Part shown: positions 47,569 through 56,900 of the stretch, piece by piece
How the letters are laid out: every line of letters begins with the position of its first letter
How positions within the stretch are numbered: the stretch's first letter is position 1
Assembly (NCBI GenBank): GCA_038245295.1
Contig: JBBRSP010000011.1
Coordinates: 1-64,000, forward strand
DNA: 64,000 nt
Source of the DNA: Candidatus Binatia bacterium
GTDB lineage: Bacteria; Desulfobacterota; Binatia; HRBIN30
Direction of reading: 5' to 3'
Notes under the pieces: model-generated
What the model was told of the DNA's origin: nothing
Database searches by the model: none
What the model saw: the letters and a program-made list of their open reading frames with translations, nothing else
Made by a program: the position numbers and the translations under genes

Positions 47569-49218
47569 ATGCGACCAACCAACGACGATCTGCATGTCGC
47601 GATGCAAGCCCACGGTACACGCATCGAGCGTTACCGGCAGGGCAAGCTCACCGACGATGAATTCCGCCCAATCCGCCTGGGCTACGGTCTGTACTATCAG
47701 CTTGACCACACCAGCCACATGCAGCGCATCAAGCTGCCCGGCGGGTTGATGACGGCCGATCAGGTCGATGAGCTCGCCGCTATCGGCGACGATTACGCGC
47801 GCAGCATCCTCCACATCACGACACGCGCCGACGTCCAGGTGCACTGGATCGAGATGGACCAGCTGATGCCGATGTACGAGCGCCTGCACAAGGTCGGCAT
47901 CACGACCCGCGGCGCCTGTGCCGATACCGTTCGCAATGTCACCGGTTGTTACCACGCGGGGCTTCTTCCCGGCGAAGCATTCGATGTTCAACCGTACGTC
48001 TACGCGGCGCACGAGTATTTCCTTTTCCACCCGCTGAACCTCACCCTGCCGCGCAAGTTCAAGATTGGATTCGCCAGCTGCGAGTACGACTGTATCCAGG
48101 CGCCGATCAACGATATCGCCTTCCATCCGCACGTGCGCGACGGCAAGCAGGGTTTCGCGGTGCATGCCGGCGGGGGGCTGGGCTCGCAGCCGTTCCTTGC
48201 CAAGCCGGTCATCGACTTCATTCCGGCCGAGGACGCGTTGATCGTTGCCGAAGCGATTGTTCGCATGCATCACAGCCTCGGCGAGCGCAAGAATCGCAAA
48301 CGCGCCCGTCTGAAGTACGTCTTCCAGCGTCTCGGCAAGGAGAAGTACCTTGCCGAAGTGCAGCGCCTGGTGGCGCAGGTAGAGCAGGAACAGGGCGACG
48401 TGTTGCGCGCCGAATTGCGTGAGATCGTTGCCGGCTTCCAAGTGGCGAAACCGAACCACAAGGCGGCGGTACTGCCGACACCGAGTGATCCCGCCTTCGC
48501 ACACTGGGCGCGTACCAACGCGTTCGAGCAAAAACAAAAGGGCTACTACTGTGCCACCGTGCAGATTCCACTCGGTGACGTCACGAGCGATCAGTTCCGC
48601 GCCCTGGCGCAAATCAGTCGCGATCACGGCGGCAGTGAAGTACGTGCCTCGAACGATCAGAATGTCGCCATCTCGTGGATCCCAGGGGATCATCTAGAGC
48701 CGGCCTATCGCGCATTATGCGAGATCGGGCTTGGCGTGGCGGACGCGCTCCACATTACCGACGTCGTATCTTGTCCGGGGGCGGATTACTGCAGTCTGGC
48801 CATCAGCCGTTCCATGGGACTGGCGGAAGCGATTCGCGATCATCTCGGTGCGATGAACGGTCAGGTCGAGGATCTCGGTGTCTTCCGCATTCGGATCAGC
48901 GGTTGCCCGAATTCTTGCGGCCAGCACCATGTGGGCGACATTGGGCTCACCGGTTTGTCGATCAAAGGCGACGACGGCGAACATCACCCATTTTACTCTA
49001 TGCTCGTCGGCGCGCGCGTCGGTGAGACGGATGTGACGATCGGGCACCGCGTCGGCGGGCGTTTCCCCTTGGAGCAGGTGCCGAGCGCCGTTGCGGCCAT
49101 TGCGGAGCACTATCGTCGCAGTCGCTCCAAGGGAGAGAAGTTCCCTGATTTCGTCACGCGTGTCGGCACCGACCAGGTAACCGAAGTGGCCCGTATCGCG
49201 GCGCCAGGTGCGCGCTAG
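47569..49218 (+). CDS. Siroheme nitrite/sulfite reductase (ferredoxin type)
   Basis: RL.YGLY, MQRIKLPGG, HITTR, LPRKFK, GGGLG, R.RARLK, CPGADYC...SGCPNSCGQH. Confidence 0.92.
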   Translation: MRPTNDDLHVAMQAHGTRIERYRQGKLTDDEFRPIRLGYGLYYQLDHTSHMQRIKLPGGLMTADQVDELAAIGDDYARSILHITTRADVQVHWIEMDQLMPMYERLHKVGITTRGACADTVRNVTGCYHAGLLPGEAFDVQPYVYAAHEYFLFHPLNLTLPRKFKIGFASCEYDCIQAPINDIAFHPHVRDGKQGFAVHAGGGLGSQPFLAKPVIDFIPAEDALIVAEAIVRMHHSLGERKNRKRARLKYVFQRLGKEKYLAEVQRLVAQVEQEQGDVLRAELREIVAGFQVAKPNHKAAVLPTPSDPAFAHWARTNAFEQKQKGYYCATVQIPLGDVTSDQFRALAQISRDHGGSEVRASNDQNVAISWIPGDHLEPAYRALCEIGLGVADALHITDVVSCPGADYCSLAISRSMGLAEAIRDHLGAMNGQVEDLGVFRIRISGCPNSCGQHHVGDIGLTGLSIKGDDGEHHPFYSMLVGARVGETDVTIGHRVGGRFPLEQVPSAVAAIAEHYRRSRSKGEKFPDFVTRVGTDQVTEVARIAAPGAR

Positions 49219-49503
49219 ATGGTTGTCGACGACGAAATTCCGGAGGGCAGCACCGCGGCCATCCCGGTGCTGCCGAACAACTTCTACCAGGGCGTGATCA
49301 CCAAGATACGCCGTGGGAGTCGCAGCGGGATTCTCCGCTCGACACAGACCGGCCGCGAGCTGCCGTTTACGGTGCCGTTTGTTACCATCGTCGGCGCCTC
49401 TGAGAAGTTCGACGATCTCCAGGAAGGCATGCAGGTCGGCTTCGACGTCAGTCGCGATTCCAAGGGCCCCTGCGTCAGCGTCATTCGAATCTCGTCTTTG
49501 TAA
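49219..49503 (+). CDS. Small cold-shock-domain-like OB-fold protein
   Basis: G.ITK...G.L...GRELPF...FDDLQEGMQVGFDV...KGP pattern; starts directly after the reductase stop codon. Confidence 0.6.
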   Translation: MVVDDEIPEGSTAAIPVLPNNFYQGVITKIRRGSRSGILRSTQTGRELPFTVPFVTIVGASEKFDDLQEGMQVGFDVSRDSKGPCVSVIRISSL

Positions 49504-49519
49504 CGTCGCCACGTACCCC

Positions 49520-50926
49520 ATGGCGATCGACGAGGCCGCGGCGTCCACCGGAGAATTCACGCGGCCTGATCCCGTCTTCAGTTACCGTCGCATCTGGCAG
49601 TTGGCCTGGCCGGTGAGTGTGTCGACGTCGACGATGACGCTCCTGACGCTCGCCAATCTCTTTTGGATTGGTCATCTCGGAACAGCGGCCGTCGCGGCCG
49701 TGTCGCTGTGCGGCAATCTTCTGTTCATCATCTTCGGCATCGCCAACGTCGTGAACACCGGCACGGTGGCGGTGGTCGCCCGGCGTGTCGGGCAGCGCGA
49801 TTTGACGCAAGCGTACCTTGGCAGTGTGCACGGTGTGTTGTTGGGGTTTGCCCTCGGCACTCTTGTCGCGATCGTCGGGTACCTCGCTGCGCCGACGGTT
49901 GTGCACTTCTTTGGTGCGGCGGCCGACGTCGAAGCGACGGCGAGTGCCTATCTACGCATCATGTGTCTGGGCCAGTTGCCACTGTTCGTTTCAACCGGTC
50001 TGGCCGCGGCCTATCAGGCCGGCGGCGATACGCGCACGCCGATGTTGATCAACGTTGGCATCATCACGCTCAACGCCATCGCTGATCCATTCTGCATCTT
50101 TGCCCCGGGCCAGTGCCACGTGGCCGGCTGGAGCATTGGCTGGCTCGGCCTCGGCGCGCCTGGTGGCGCGGTTGCCGCGTCGTTGTGTGGAGCGGCTGGG
50201 TGCCTGTTGTTCGTGGCATTGTCCCTCTACGGCGACCGACCGTTCCCACGTCCGCTCAACACCCGGTTGGGACTGTCGCTGCGAGAGTTCTGGCACATGG
50301 CCGGGATCGGTGCCCCGGCGGCGGTATCGATGGCGGCACGGCCGCTGTCTACCTTCCTCTTGCTCAAGATCGTTGCCGGCTTCGGCACGCCGGCGATCGC
50401 CGCGTTTGGCATCGCGCTGCGTTCCTTCTCGGTGAATTGGATTCCGTATTCGGGGATCCACGTTGCCGTGGCGACGCTGGTCGGGCGCAACCTCGGCGCG
50501 CGCCATCCGGAGGCCGCCGCACGTGTCGTTTGGCGCGGCCTGGTCGTGACCGGAGCACTTGGTGTTCTCTATTGTTTTGTTTACTGGCGCGGTGCCGAGG
50601 CCATTCTCCGACTCTTCGACGACGAACCGGCCGTCATCGCCGCCGGCGTTCCTTTCCTGCAACTCATGGCCATCAGCTTCTTGTTCACCGGCCCTACTGT
50701 GCCGCTCTTCAGTGCCATGAATGGTGCCGGTGATACGCGGCCGCCGATGCTGATCGCCTTTCTCGCCAACTGGCCCGTGAAACTGCCGCTGGCGTACGTG
50801 ATGGCGTTGCCGCTCGGATACGGCGTCAATGGTGTGTGGTTCGGGATGTTTGTGTCGCTGGTCTTCGAAGCGCTGCTGGCCGCGTGGTGGTATCGCCGCG
50901 GCACGTGGAAGGCCAAGAACATCTGA
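49520..50926 (+). CDS. MATE family efflux transporter
   Basis: LAWP, IGHLG..AVAAV, GDTRTPM, G.NLGA, GAGDTRPP, GVNGVW. Confidence 0.9.
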   Translation: MAIDEAAASTGEFTRPDPVFSYRRIWQLAWPVSVSTSTMTLLTLANLFWIGHLGTAAVAAVSLCGNLLFIIFGIANVVNTGTVAVVARRVGQRDLTQAYLGSVHGVLLGFALGTLVAIVGYLAAPTVVHFFGAAADVEATASAYLRIMCLGQLPLFVSTGLAAAYQAGGDTRTPMLINVGIITLNAIADPFCIFAPGQCHVAGWSIGWLGLGAPGGAVAASLCGAAGCLLFVALSLYGDRPFPRPLNTRLGLSLREFWHMAGIGAPAAVSMAARPLSTFLLLKIVAGFGTPAIAAFGIALRSFSVNWIPYSGIHVAVATLVGRNLGARHPEAAARVVWRGLVVTGALGVLYCFVYWRGAEAILRLFDDEPAVIAAGVPFLQLMAISFLFTGPTVPLFSAMNGAGDTRPPMLIAFLANWPVKLPLAYVMALPLGYGVNGVWFGMFVSLVFEALLAAWWYRRGTWKAKNI

Positions 50927-51034
50927 ACGACGGGGCGTATCGCGTCGTTGCGCGAGCCAAACCGCGACGGCCAGCGTTGCGAAAACGCCGGCCGTCGGCA
51001 GTCGAAGATCTCGATCAAATCAGGATGGCTTCGC

Positions 51035-51838
51035 CTACTTTCCCGTGAACACTGGCGCGCGCTTCTCCAGGAACGCCCGCGGGCCTTCCTTGGCATCGGC
51101 CGACATCATGACGTTCATCCCGTGTGTCTGCTCGATGTTGAACGCGTCCTCTTCCGGCATGCATTCCGTGCTGCGCAGTGTGGCGAGGATGGCTTTAACA
51201 GCCAGGGGCCCGTTGGCGGCGATACGGCTGGCAATCTCCTTGGCTTTGGTCAGGGCATGACCGTCCGCGACGACGTGATTCACCAAGCCAAGCGCGTAAG
51301 CTCGATCCGCCGGCAGGTCTTCACCGACCAACAACATTTCCGCGGCGATTGCATACGGGATCTGGCGCCGCAGTCGTACGGCTGATCCTGCCATGGGGAA
51401 TAAGCCGCGTTGGACCTCGGTGACGCCAAACTTCGCTCCGGCGCCGCAGACCCGGATATCGGTGCCTTGCAGAATCTCCGTGCCGCCGGCTCGCGCGAAA
51501 CCTTCGGCGGCGAGGATCACCGGCTTGGTCGGGCGATAGGTCTTGAGCCAGGCACCATAGATGATGTGCATCTCGTTCATGACGCGTTCGATCCACGGGT
51601 TGTCGGCGATACCGCGCTGCAACTTGCCGATCTCCGAGAGATCCATACCGGCACAGAATGTATCGCCGGTGCCGGTGAGGATGGCGCAGCGCAGGTTGTC
51701 GTCTTTGTCGAGGTCGACCCAGGCGTCGTACAGGCGACACATGACCTCGCAATTGACGGCGTTCTTCTTGTCGGGGCGATTGATGGTGACGACGAGGACG
51801 CCGTCATTCTTTTCGATCAGCACGGCTGGTTCAGACAT
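51035..51838 (-). CDS. Enoyl-CoA hydratase/isomerase (crotonase)
   Basis: INRPDKKNA, FCAGMDL, AGGTEI, FGVTEVQRGLFP, NGPLAV, EGPRAFLEKR.P.F.G. Confidence 0.92.
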   Translation of the reverse strand: MSEPAVLIEKNDGVLVVTINRPDKKNAVNCEVMCRLYDAWVDLDKDDNLRCAILTGTGDTFCAGMDLSEIGKLQRGIADNPWIERVMNEMHIIYGAWLKTYRPTKPVILAAEGFARAGGTEILQGTDIRVCGAGAKFGVTEVQRGLFPMAGSAVRLRRQIPYAIAAEMLLVGEDLPADRAYALGLVNHVVADGHALTKAKEIASRIAANGPLAVKAILATLRSTECMPEEDAFNIEQTHGMNVMMSADAKEGPRAFLEKRAPVFTGK

Positions 51839-52181
51839 TGATTCTCACTCCTCCGGGAAAATTGAACTGTCGCACTTCGTGCCGCGAGTGCGAGCTGCGG
51901 TCAACTACTGTGCGCAGTCTGGTGATCGGATGGCACTTCGCCATAATCTGGTCGTTTGACAAGGGACGCGTCGGCCGAATGTCCCCCGCATCGTGGTGCC
52001 AAAAGTTGAGGCGCGTTGGGCCTTCACCTATGAAGCATGTCTTTTTTGTCGGTGACCTTTTCGGCGCCGCGATGAAACGCGCCAGTGTCACCGCAGATCT
52101 CCCTTTGCAAGGGATGCAGAGCCGACGTAGGTTGCGCCGTAACTCTTGAACCACGTCAGGCGTGAGAAAGGTCGCGGGCCG

Positions 52182-53012
52182 GTGAAGACTGTGAGACAAG
52201 CTCTGGCAATCCTTGTGTTGGCGGCAGGTGCCATTCACGCCGATCCATCGTCACAGGAGCGGTTGGAGCGTGTCGCCGAGGGTTTGAGGACCAACCCCTG
52301 CGATACCGATCTTCTGCGTCAGCGCGCCGACCTGCGTTGTGGCTCCGGCGACATGACAGCCGCCCTGAACGACTGGGACGATGCCGGGCGCTGCAACCCG
52401 ACCCTGGCCGTCATCGACCTGGAGCGCAGCGTTTGTTTGGCTCGGCATGGCGAATCTCGTAGCGCCCACTTCTTTGTCGGGCGCTACCTCAAGACCAATC
52501 CGACGTCGGCGCGCGGCCAACTGGTCGAGGCTCGCGCTCTGTTGGCACTGGGCGAGCCGGCTCAGTCGTTGCCGTACTTCGACGCCGCTTTGACTGCCGC
52601 CGGAGCACCGCCGGATGATTACCTCGCTCGCACCCGAGCTTACCGCGCTGCTGGCCAGATCGATGCCGCTGTCGCCGGTCTGGATGTCGCGATCACGCAC
52701 ATGGGAGCTGTGCCGGCGTTTGTCGACCTGGCGACGCAGCTCGACCTCGAGCGCCACAGTTTCACTACGGCGTTGGCGCGGCTCGATCGCTTGCCGCCCA
52801 ATATGGCGCGCAGCGAGATCTGGCTTTTGCGTCGTGCCGACATTCTGGAACAAGCGGGCGACAAGGATGGGGCGCGCCGGGTCTTTGCGGCGACCGTCGA
52901 TGCGGCGGCGGCGCGGCCTGAAAATCGGCGTAATCAGCCTGCCATCAAAGAGGCGGTGGCCGCGGCAAACGCCGGTCTGACAAGGCTTGCCCGGGTTGAG
53001 GAGAAACGGTGA
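52182..53012 (+). CDS. Exported tetratricopeptide-repeat protein
   Basis: Signal-like N-terminus; repeated A..A...G...A helical TPR pattern; overlaps the next gene (GTGA). Confidence 0.7.
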   Translation: MKTVRQALAILVLAAGAIHADPSSQERLERVAEGLRTNPCDTDLLRQRADLRCGSGDMTAALNDWDDAGRCNPTLAVIDLERSVCLARHGESRSAHFFVGRYLKTNPTSARGQLVEARALLALGEPAQSLPYFDAALTAAGAPPDDYLARTRAYRAAGQIDAAVAGLDVAITHMGAVPAFVDLATQLDLERHSFTTALARLDRLPPNMARSEIWLLRRADILEQAGDKDGARRVFAATVDAAAARPENRRNQPAIKEAVAAANAGLTRLARVEEKR

Positions 53013-55225
53013 CGAGACGGTTAACGATATTCTTACTGGCCGTCGTGGCCGGCAGTGTTGCGGCGACCACGGCGGCGGCTGTTACTGTGACGCGCGGACC
53101 CTATCTGCAAACCGGCACGTCGAGCTCGCTCATCGTGCGTTGGCGCACCGACGTCGCCAACAACAGCCGCGTGCGCTACGGCCTGAGTCCGTTGAACCTC
53201 ACGCAAGTCGCCGACGTTGCGACGTCGACGATCGAACATGTTGTTCCCCTCAGCGGCCTCGCCGCGGATGCCACATACTATTACTCCGTTGGTTCCACCG
53301 CGGCGACGCTCGCGGGCGACGCGTCGTACACCTTCACTACCGCCCCACAAGCGGGGACGCCGAAGGCGACCCGCATCTGGGTTCTCGGCGACTCCGGCAC
53401 GGCCGATGCCAATGCCCTGGCGGTGGCCAGTGCTTACTCGACGTTTTCTGCGGCGCATCCCGCCGACTTCTGGTTGATGCTCGGCGACAACGCCTATCAG
53501 AGCGGTACCGACGTGCAGTACCAGAACGCCGTCTTCGCCATGTATCCGTCGTTCCTGCGCAGCCTCGTGTTGTGGCCGACGCTGGGGAACCACGACGCCA
53601 TGTCGGCCGATTCGATGACGCAGACTGGCCCCTACTACGACATCTTCAGTCTGCCGGCAGCCGGCGAGGCGGGCGGTGTCGCCTCCGGTACGGAGGCCTA
53701 CTACTCTTTCGATTACGGCAACATTCACTTCATCTGTCTCGACTCGATGGACTCCGACCGTTCCCCCGGCGGCGCCATGTTGACCTGGCTCACCAGCGAT
53801 CTGATGGCGACGGTTGCCGATTGGACCATCGCCTTCTGGCACCACCCGCCGTACACCAAAGGCTCGCATAATTCCGATACCGAGGCCGAGCTGATCGACA
53901 TGCGCACCAATGTCCTGCCGATCCTCGAAGCGCATGGCGTCGATCTGGTGCTCACCGGCCACAGCCATTCGTATGAGCGCAGCGTGCTGCTCGACTCGCA
54001 CTACGGTCTGTCGACGAGTCTGACCGGCAGCATGATTCTCGATGGCGGCGACGGTCGCCCAAGCGGCAACGGTGCCTATACCAAGGCGTCCCTCGGCGGA
54101 GCCGCGCACGAAGGTGCCGTCTATGTGGTGGCCGGTAGCTCGGGGCAGACCACCGCCGCGGCCCTCAACCATCCGGCGATGTATGTGTCGCTTCTGTCGC
54201 TCGGCTCGCTCGTGCTCGATATCGATCACGGCCAGTTGCAAGCCAGCTTCGTCAACTCGACCGGCGCGGTCGTCGACAATTTCACAATGATCAAAGGTGG
54301 ACCAACGGGAACGCCGACAACCACGCCGACGCAGTCGTCAACGCCGACGCCGTCACCGACGGGGACGCCGCACGATTCCGTGGTGCTGGCGGTAAAGCCT
54401 GTGTCGATCACACTCACGGCCGGTAGTACCGGTGCCAGTAAGAAGGTTGGCATCAAGGTGCGCAACGCCGATCTCGATGCGAGTCTAGAGCCCGCCGGCC
54501 ATCTGATTGGCTTGAACATCAACGCCGGCGACTGCCCGTCGCAGATCGTTGTCGGCCAACCCGACTTCGATGTTCACAGTCTGGGTGATCAATCGACGAT
54601 CGCCGTCCTGGCCGGAAAAACGAAAAAGGCACAGCTGCGCTTGAGCGTGTTGCCCGGGGTGTTCGGCACGTACAACAAGTTGGCACCCTACCGCTGCACC
54701 TTGTTTGCCTCGGTCGTGACGGCCCAGCCGAACGTCAACGAGACGACACCGCGCAACAACGTTGTTCCTGTCGAAGTAAACGTCGTCGATCTGACGCAGG
54801 CCAGCCTGTCGACGCCGCATGAGTCAGTGTTGCTAAGTGCCGTGCCGAAGACCTTGACGATCAGCGCCGGTCAGTTCGCGCGTGGCAAGAGTCTATCGAT
54901 GAAGATCCGCAACGCCGACATCGCGCCGGCGGTCGAGCCAGGCGGCCACTCGGTGGCGCTGCAGCTCAGCGATATCGGCGATTGCCCGCCCGGCTCGGTC
55001 TCCGTCACCGCGACCTCATTTTCCGTGGCGCCGGGATCACTCGGCAGTGCGCTGGTGACGCTCAACCTGGCGAGCGCGGCAATCGATTCGCCGAGCTCGA
55101 AATCACCGTATCGTTGTGTCGCGACGCTGGCGGCGACCACCGTTGAGCCGGCAAACGTCGAGCCGGTGGCGGGGAATAACCTGTCGCGCCTCGTCATCGA
55201 TGTGATCGACAAGAACGACTTCTAA
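53009..55225 (+). CDS. Secreted purple-acid-phosphatase-like metallophosphoesterase with FN3-like N-domain, P/T linker and duplicated C-terminal domain
   Basis: RGPYLQ; GDSG, LGDNAY, GNHD, HHPPY, GHSHSYER; PTGTPTTTPT linker. Confidence 0.9.
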   Translation: MTRRLTIFLLAVVAGSVAATTAAAVTVTRGPYLQTGTSSSLIVRWRTDVANNSRVRYGLSPLNLTQVADVATSTIEHVVPLSGLAADATYYYSVGSTAATLAGDASYTFTTAPQAGTPKATRIWVLGDSGTADANALAVASAYSTFSAAHPADFWLMLGDNAYQSGTDVQYQNAVFAMYPSFLRSLVLWPTLGNHDAMSADSMTQTGPYYDIFSLPAAGEAGGVASGTEAYYSFDYGNIHFICLDSMDSDRSPGGAMLTWLTSDLMATVADWTIAFWHHPPYTKGSHNSDTEAELIDMRTNVLPILEAHGVDLVLTGHSHSYERSVLLDSHYGLSTSLTGSMILDGGDGRPSGNGAYTKASLGGAAHEGAVYVVAGSSGQTTAAALNHPAMYVSLLSLGSLVLDIDHGQLQASFVNSTGAVVDNFTMIKGGPTGTPTTTPTQSSTPTPSPTGTPHDSVVLAVKPVSITLTAGSTGASKKVGIKVRNADLDASLEPAGHLIGLNINAGDCPSQIVVGQPDFDVHSLGDQSTIAVLAGKTKKAQLRLSVLPGVFGTYNKLAPYRCTLFASVVTAQPNVNETTPRNNVVPVEVNVVDLTQASLSTPHESVLLSAVPKTLTISAGQFARGKSLSMKIRNADIAPAVEPGGHSVALQLSDIGDCPPGSVSVTATSFSVAPGSLGSALVTLNLASAAIDSPSSKSPYRCVATLAATTVEPANVEPVAGNNLSRLVIDVIDKNDF

Positions 55226-55251
55226 CCGCCTCTTTGGGTACCAAACATCTC

Positions 55252-55562
55252 CGTCATTGCGGCGAAAGAGACTGTCGATTTTCTCTAATTCATCGTTTGG
55301 AACCGCGCGAACACCTCCATCATACCGGCGAAAGCCGTTGTCTCCCCAGCATGTTTGGCCTTCCAAACGAGGAGATCCCGGCTTTCGAGTGTGTCGTAAA
55401 ACCAAAGTGGAGCAACGTCATCCCGGTGAAAACCGGGATCTCCCCCTGCTGGAAGCCTCGAAAGCTGGCGAGATGCCGGCTTTCGCCGGTATGACGGAAA
55501 GGTCTGCTCGGTTTCAAATTTGGTTTCCGAGTAAATCGACACACTCTTTCGCCGGGATGACG
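55252..55562. repeat. Cluster of CGTC-type REP palindromes (nested inverted repeats)
   Basis: About six units such as CGTCATCCCGGTGAAAACCGGGATCTCC and GAGATGCCGGCTTTCGCCGGTATGACG; the outer 30-bp ends are inverted copies. Confidence 0.8.
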
Positions 55563-55650
55563 TTGCCTACCCTTGGACATCAAACGGACCCACTACCCCG
55601 CGCTCCCGTCCGCTTGCGTCGTTGCACCAACTGTGGATTCGTAGGTAGCC

Positions 55651-56217
55651 ATGACCAAGAAACGATGGATCGTCGCGCTCGGCGTTGCGACGCTGTTCCT
55701 CGCCGGGGCGGCCTGGCAATTCCAGAGCCGCATTCTGGGACTGGCGGCGCGTGTGTATCTCCAACGTATCGCGGCGGCCGAAGAACGCAGCGGCGACGTG
55801 AGCGAACGGCAGAAAGTCGTCCTTGGTCTGCACCGTGCCTTGTTGTTGCAGCCGCCACCAGCTGCCCTCGTCCCCGAGCTGTACGATGTGACGACGATCC
55901 TGGCCGAACGTGCCGCCGCCGGGGAGATCTCGTGGAATTGGTCGGCCTATCTCTATACCAGCTACATGCGTGATGCCGTCGGCGCTCGGCCCAAGGGTGA
56001 GCCACGGCGCAGCCCTGACGAGGTGCGGGCCGCCGTCGACCAGTCGGTGCGGTTCTTCTCGATTCGCAGGCGGCCCGATGAACACGCGATGGGTGTCGCC
56101 GACGTGTTCGGCGTTGATGATCAGTCGTTCACGGTCGACGAGATCGACGCCGCCCATGAGCAAGGCCGCGATCTCGGCTGGGCCGGTGCACAACCCCAGA
56201 CGAAGAGTGAAGGGTGA
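55651..56217 (+). CDS. Hypothetical protein with N-terminal membrane anchor
   Basis: MTKKRW followed by a hydrophobic helix; typical GC3-rich codon pattern; no recognised motif. Confidence 0.65.
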   Translation: MTKKRWIVALGVATLFLAGAAWQFQSRILGLAARVYLQRIAAAEERSGDVSERQKVVLGLHRALLLQPPPAALVPELYDVTTILAERAAAGEISWNWSAYLYTSYMRDAVGARPKGEPRRSPDEVRAAVDQSVRFFSIRRRPDEHAMGVADVFGVDDQSFTVDEIDAAHEQGRDLGWAGAQPQTKSEG

Positions 56218-56228
56218 AGAGTGAAACT

Positions 56229-56858
56229 TTAGGGCTGGCTCGCGGCGGTGGCCTTGATGAGTACGGACGAGCGGCGGCGGCCGCGGTGTAGGACCTCCCA
56301 CTCTTCGATCGTCACGCCGCCCTTGCCCAATGCCTGACGGAAATCGTCTTCGTAGGTCACTTGTCCGAAGTCGATGGTGGTCACCAGTTTGAGCAATGGC
56401 TTGGCGACTTCGACCAGGCGTGAGCGCTCGTGCTCGAAGGTCTGGGTGAAATAGATGCGGCCGCCCGCCGCCAACTGCGACGCTACCTGATGTAGCGCCG
56501 CCGGCGGGTCGGGGAGCAACATGAAGCTGGCGCTGAAGTAGACGGCGTCGTACGGGCCACCGCGGTGATCGTAGACTGACTCCAGACGGGCATCGACGCG
56601 GTTGGTGAGGCCGGCGCGGCCGACTTCTTGACGGCAGCGCTCGATGTACGACGCGTCGATGTCGACGCCGACGACGTGCATGTCTTTGGCAACGAGGAGA
56701 GAAGCATTGGCAACCAGGGCGCTGCCGGTGCCGATGCCCACGTCGAGAAGCCGGCATTGTTGCGGTAGACGCTGCAACACGGCGCGATACCACCCGGTTG
56801 TGAGTGGGACGATCGCGGCATCGTAGATAAAGCCGCGGAGCCGGCGAATTGGCTGCAT
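56229..56858 (-). CDS. Class I SAM-dependent methyltransferase
   Basis: LLDVGIGTG, GVDID, YDAVYFS.SFML. Confidence 0.85.
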   Translation of the reverse strand: MQPIRRLRGFIYDAAIVPLTTGWYRAVLQRLPQQCRLLDVGIGTGSALVANASLLVAKDMHVVGVDIDASYIERCRQEVGRAGLTNRVDARLESVYDHRGGPYDAVYFSASFMLLPDPPAALHQVASQLAAGGRIYFTQTFEHERSRLVEVAKPLLKLVTTIDFGQVTYEDDFRQALGKGGVTIEEWEVLHRGRRRSSVLIKATAASQP

Positions 56859-56900
56859 GGGCGCAGCGATATCCCAGAAGCGAGGTCGCGGAAACCCCGA

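Noticed and set aside
51839..52181. ORFs of 103-135 aa in the spacer between the crotonase and TPR genes
   Set aside because: No SD, atypical composition and no motifs; treated as a divergent promoter region.
55252..55562. Repeat cluster considered as a CRISPR array
   Set aside because: Units alternate in orientation, are degenerate and irregularly spaced; no cas genes.
55580..55597. TCAAACGGACCCACTACC, reminiscent of an IS/MITE terminal sequence
   Set aside because: No partner inverted end or transposase was found in the window and I cannot name the family with confidence.
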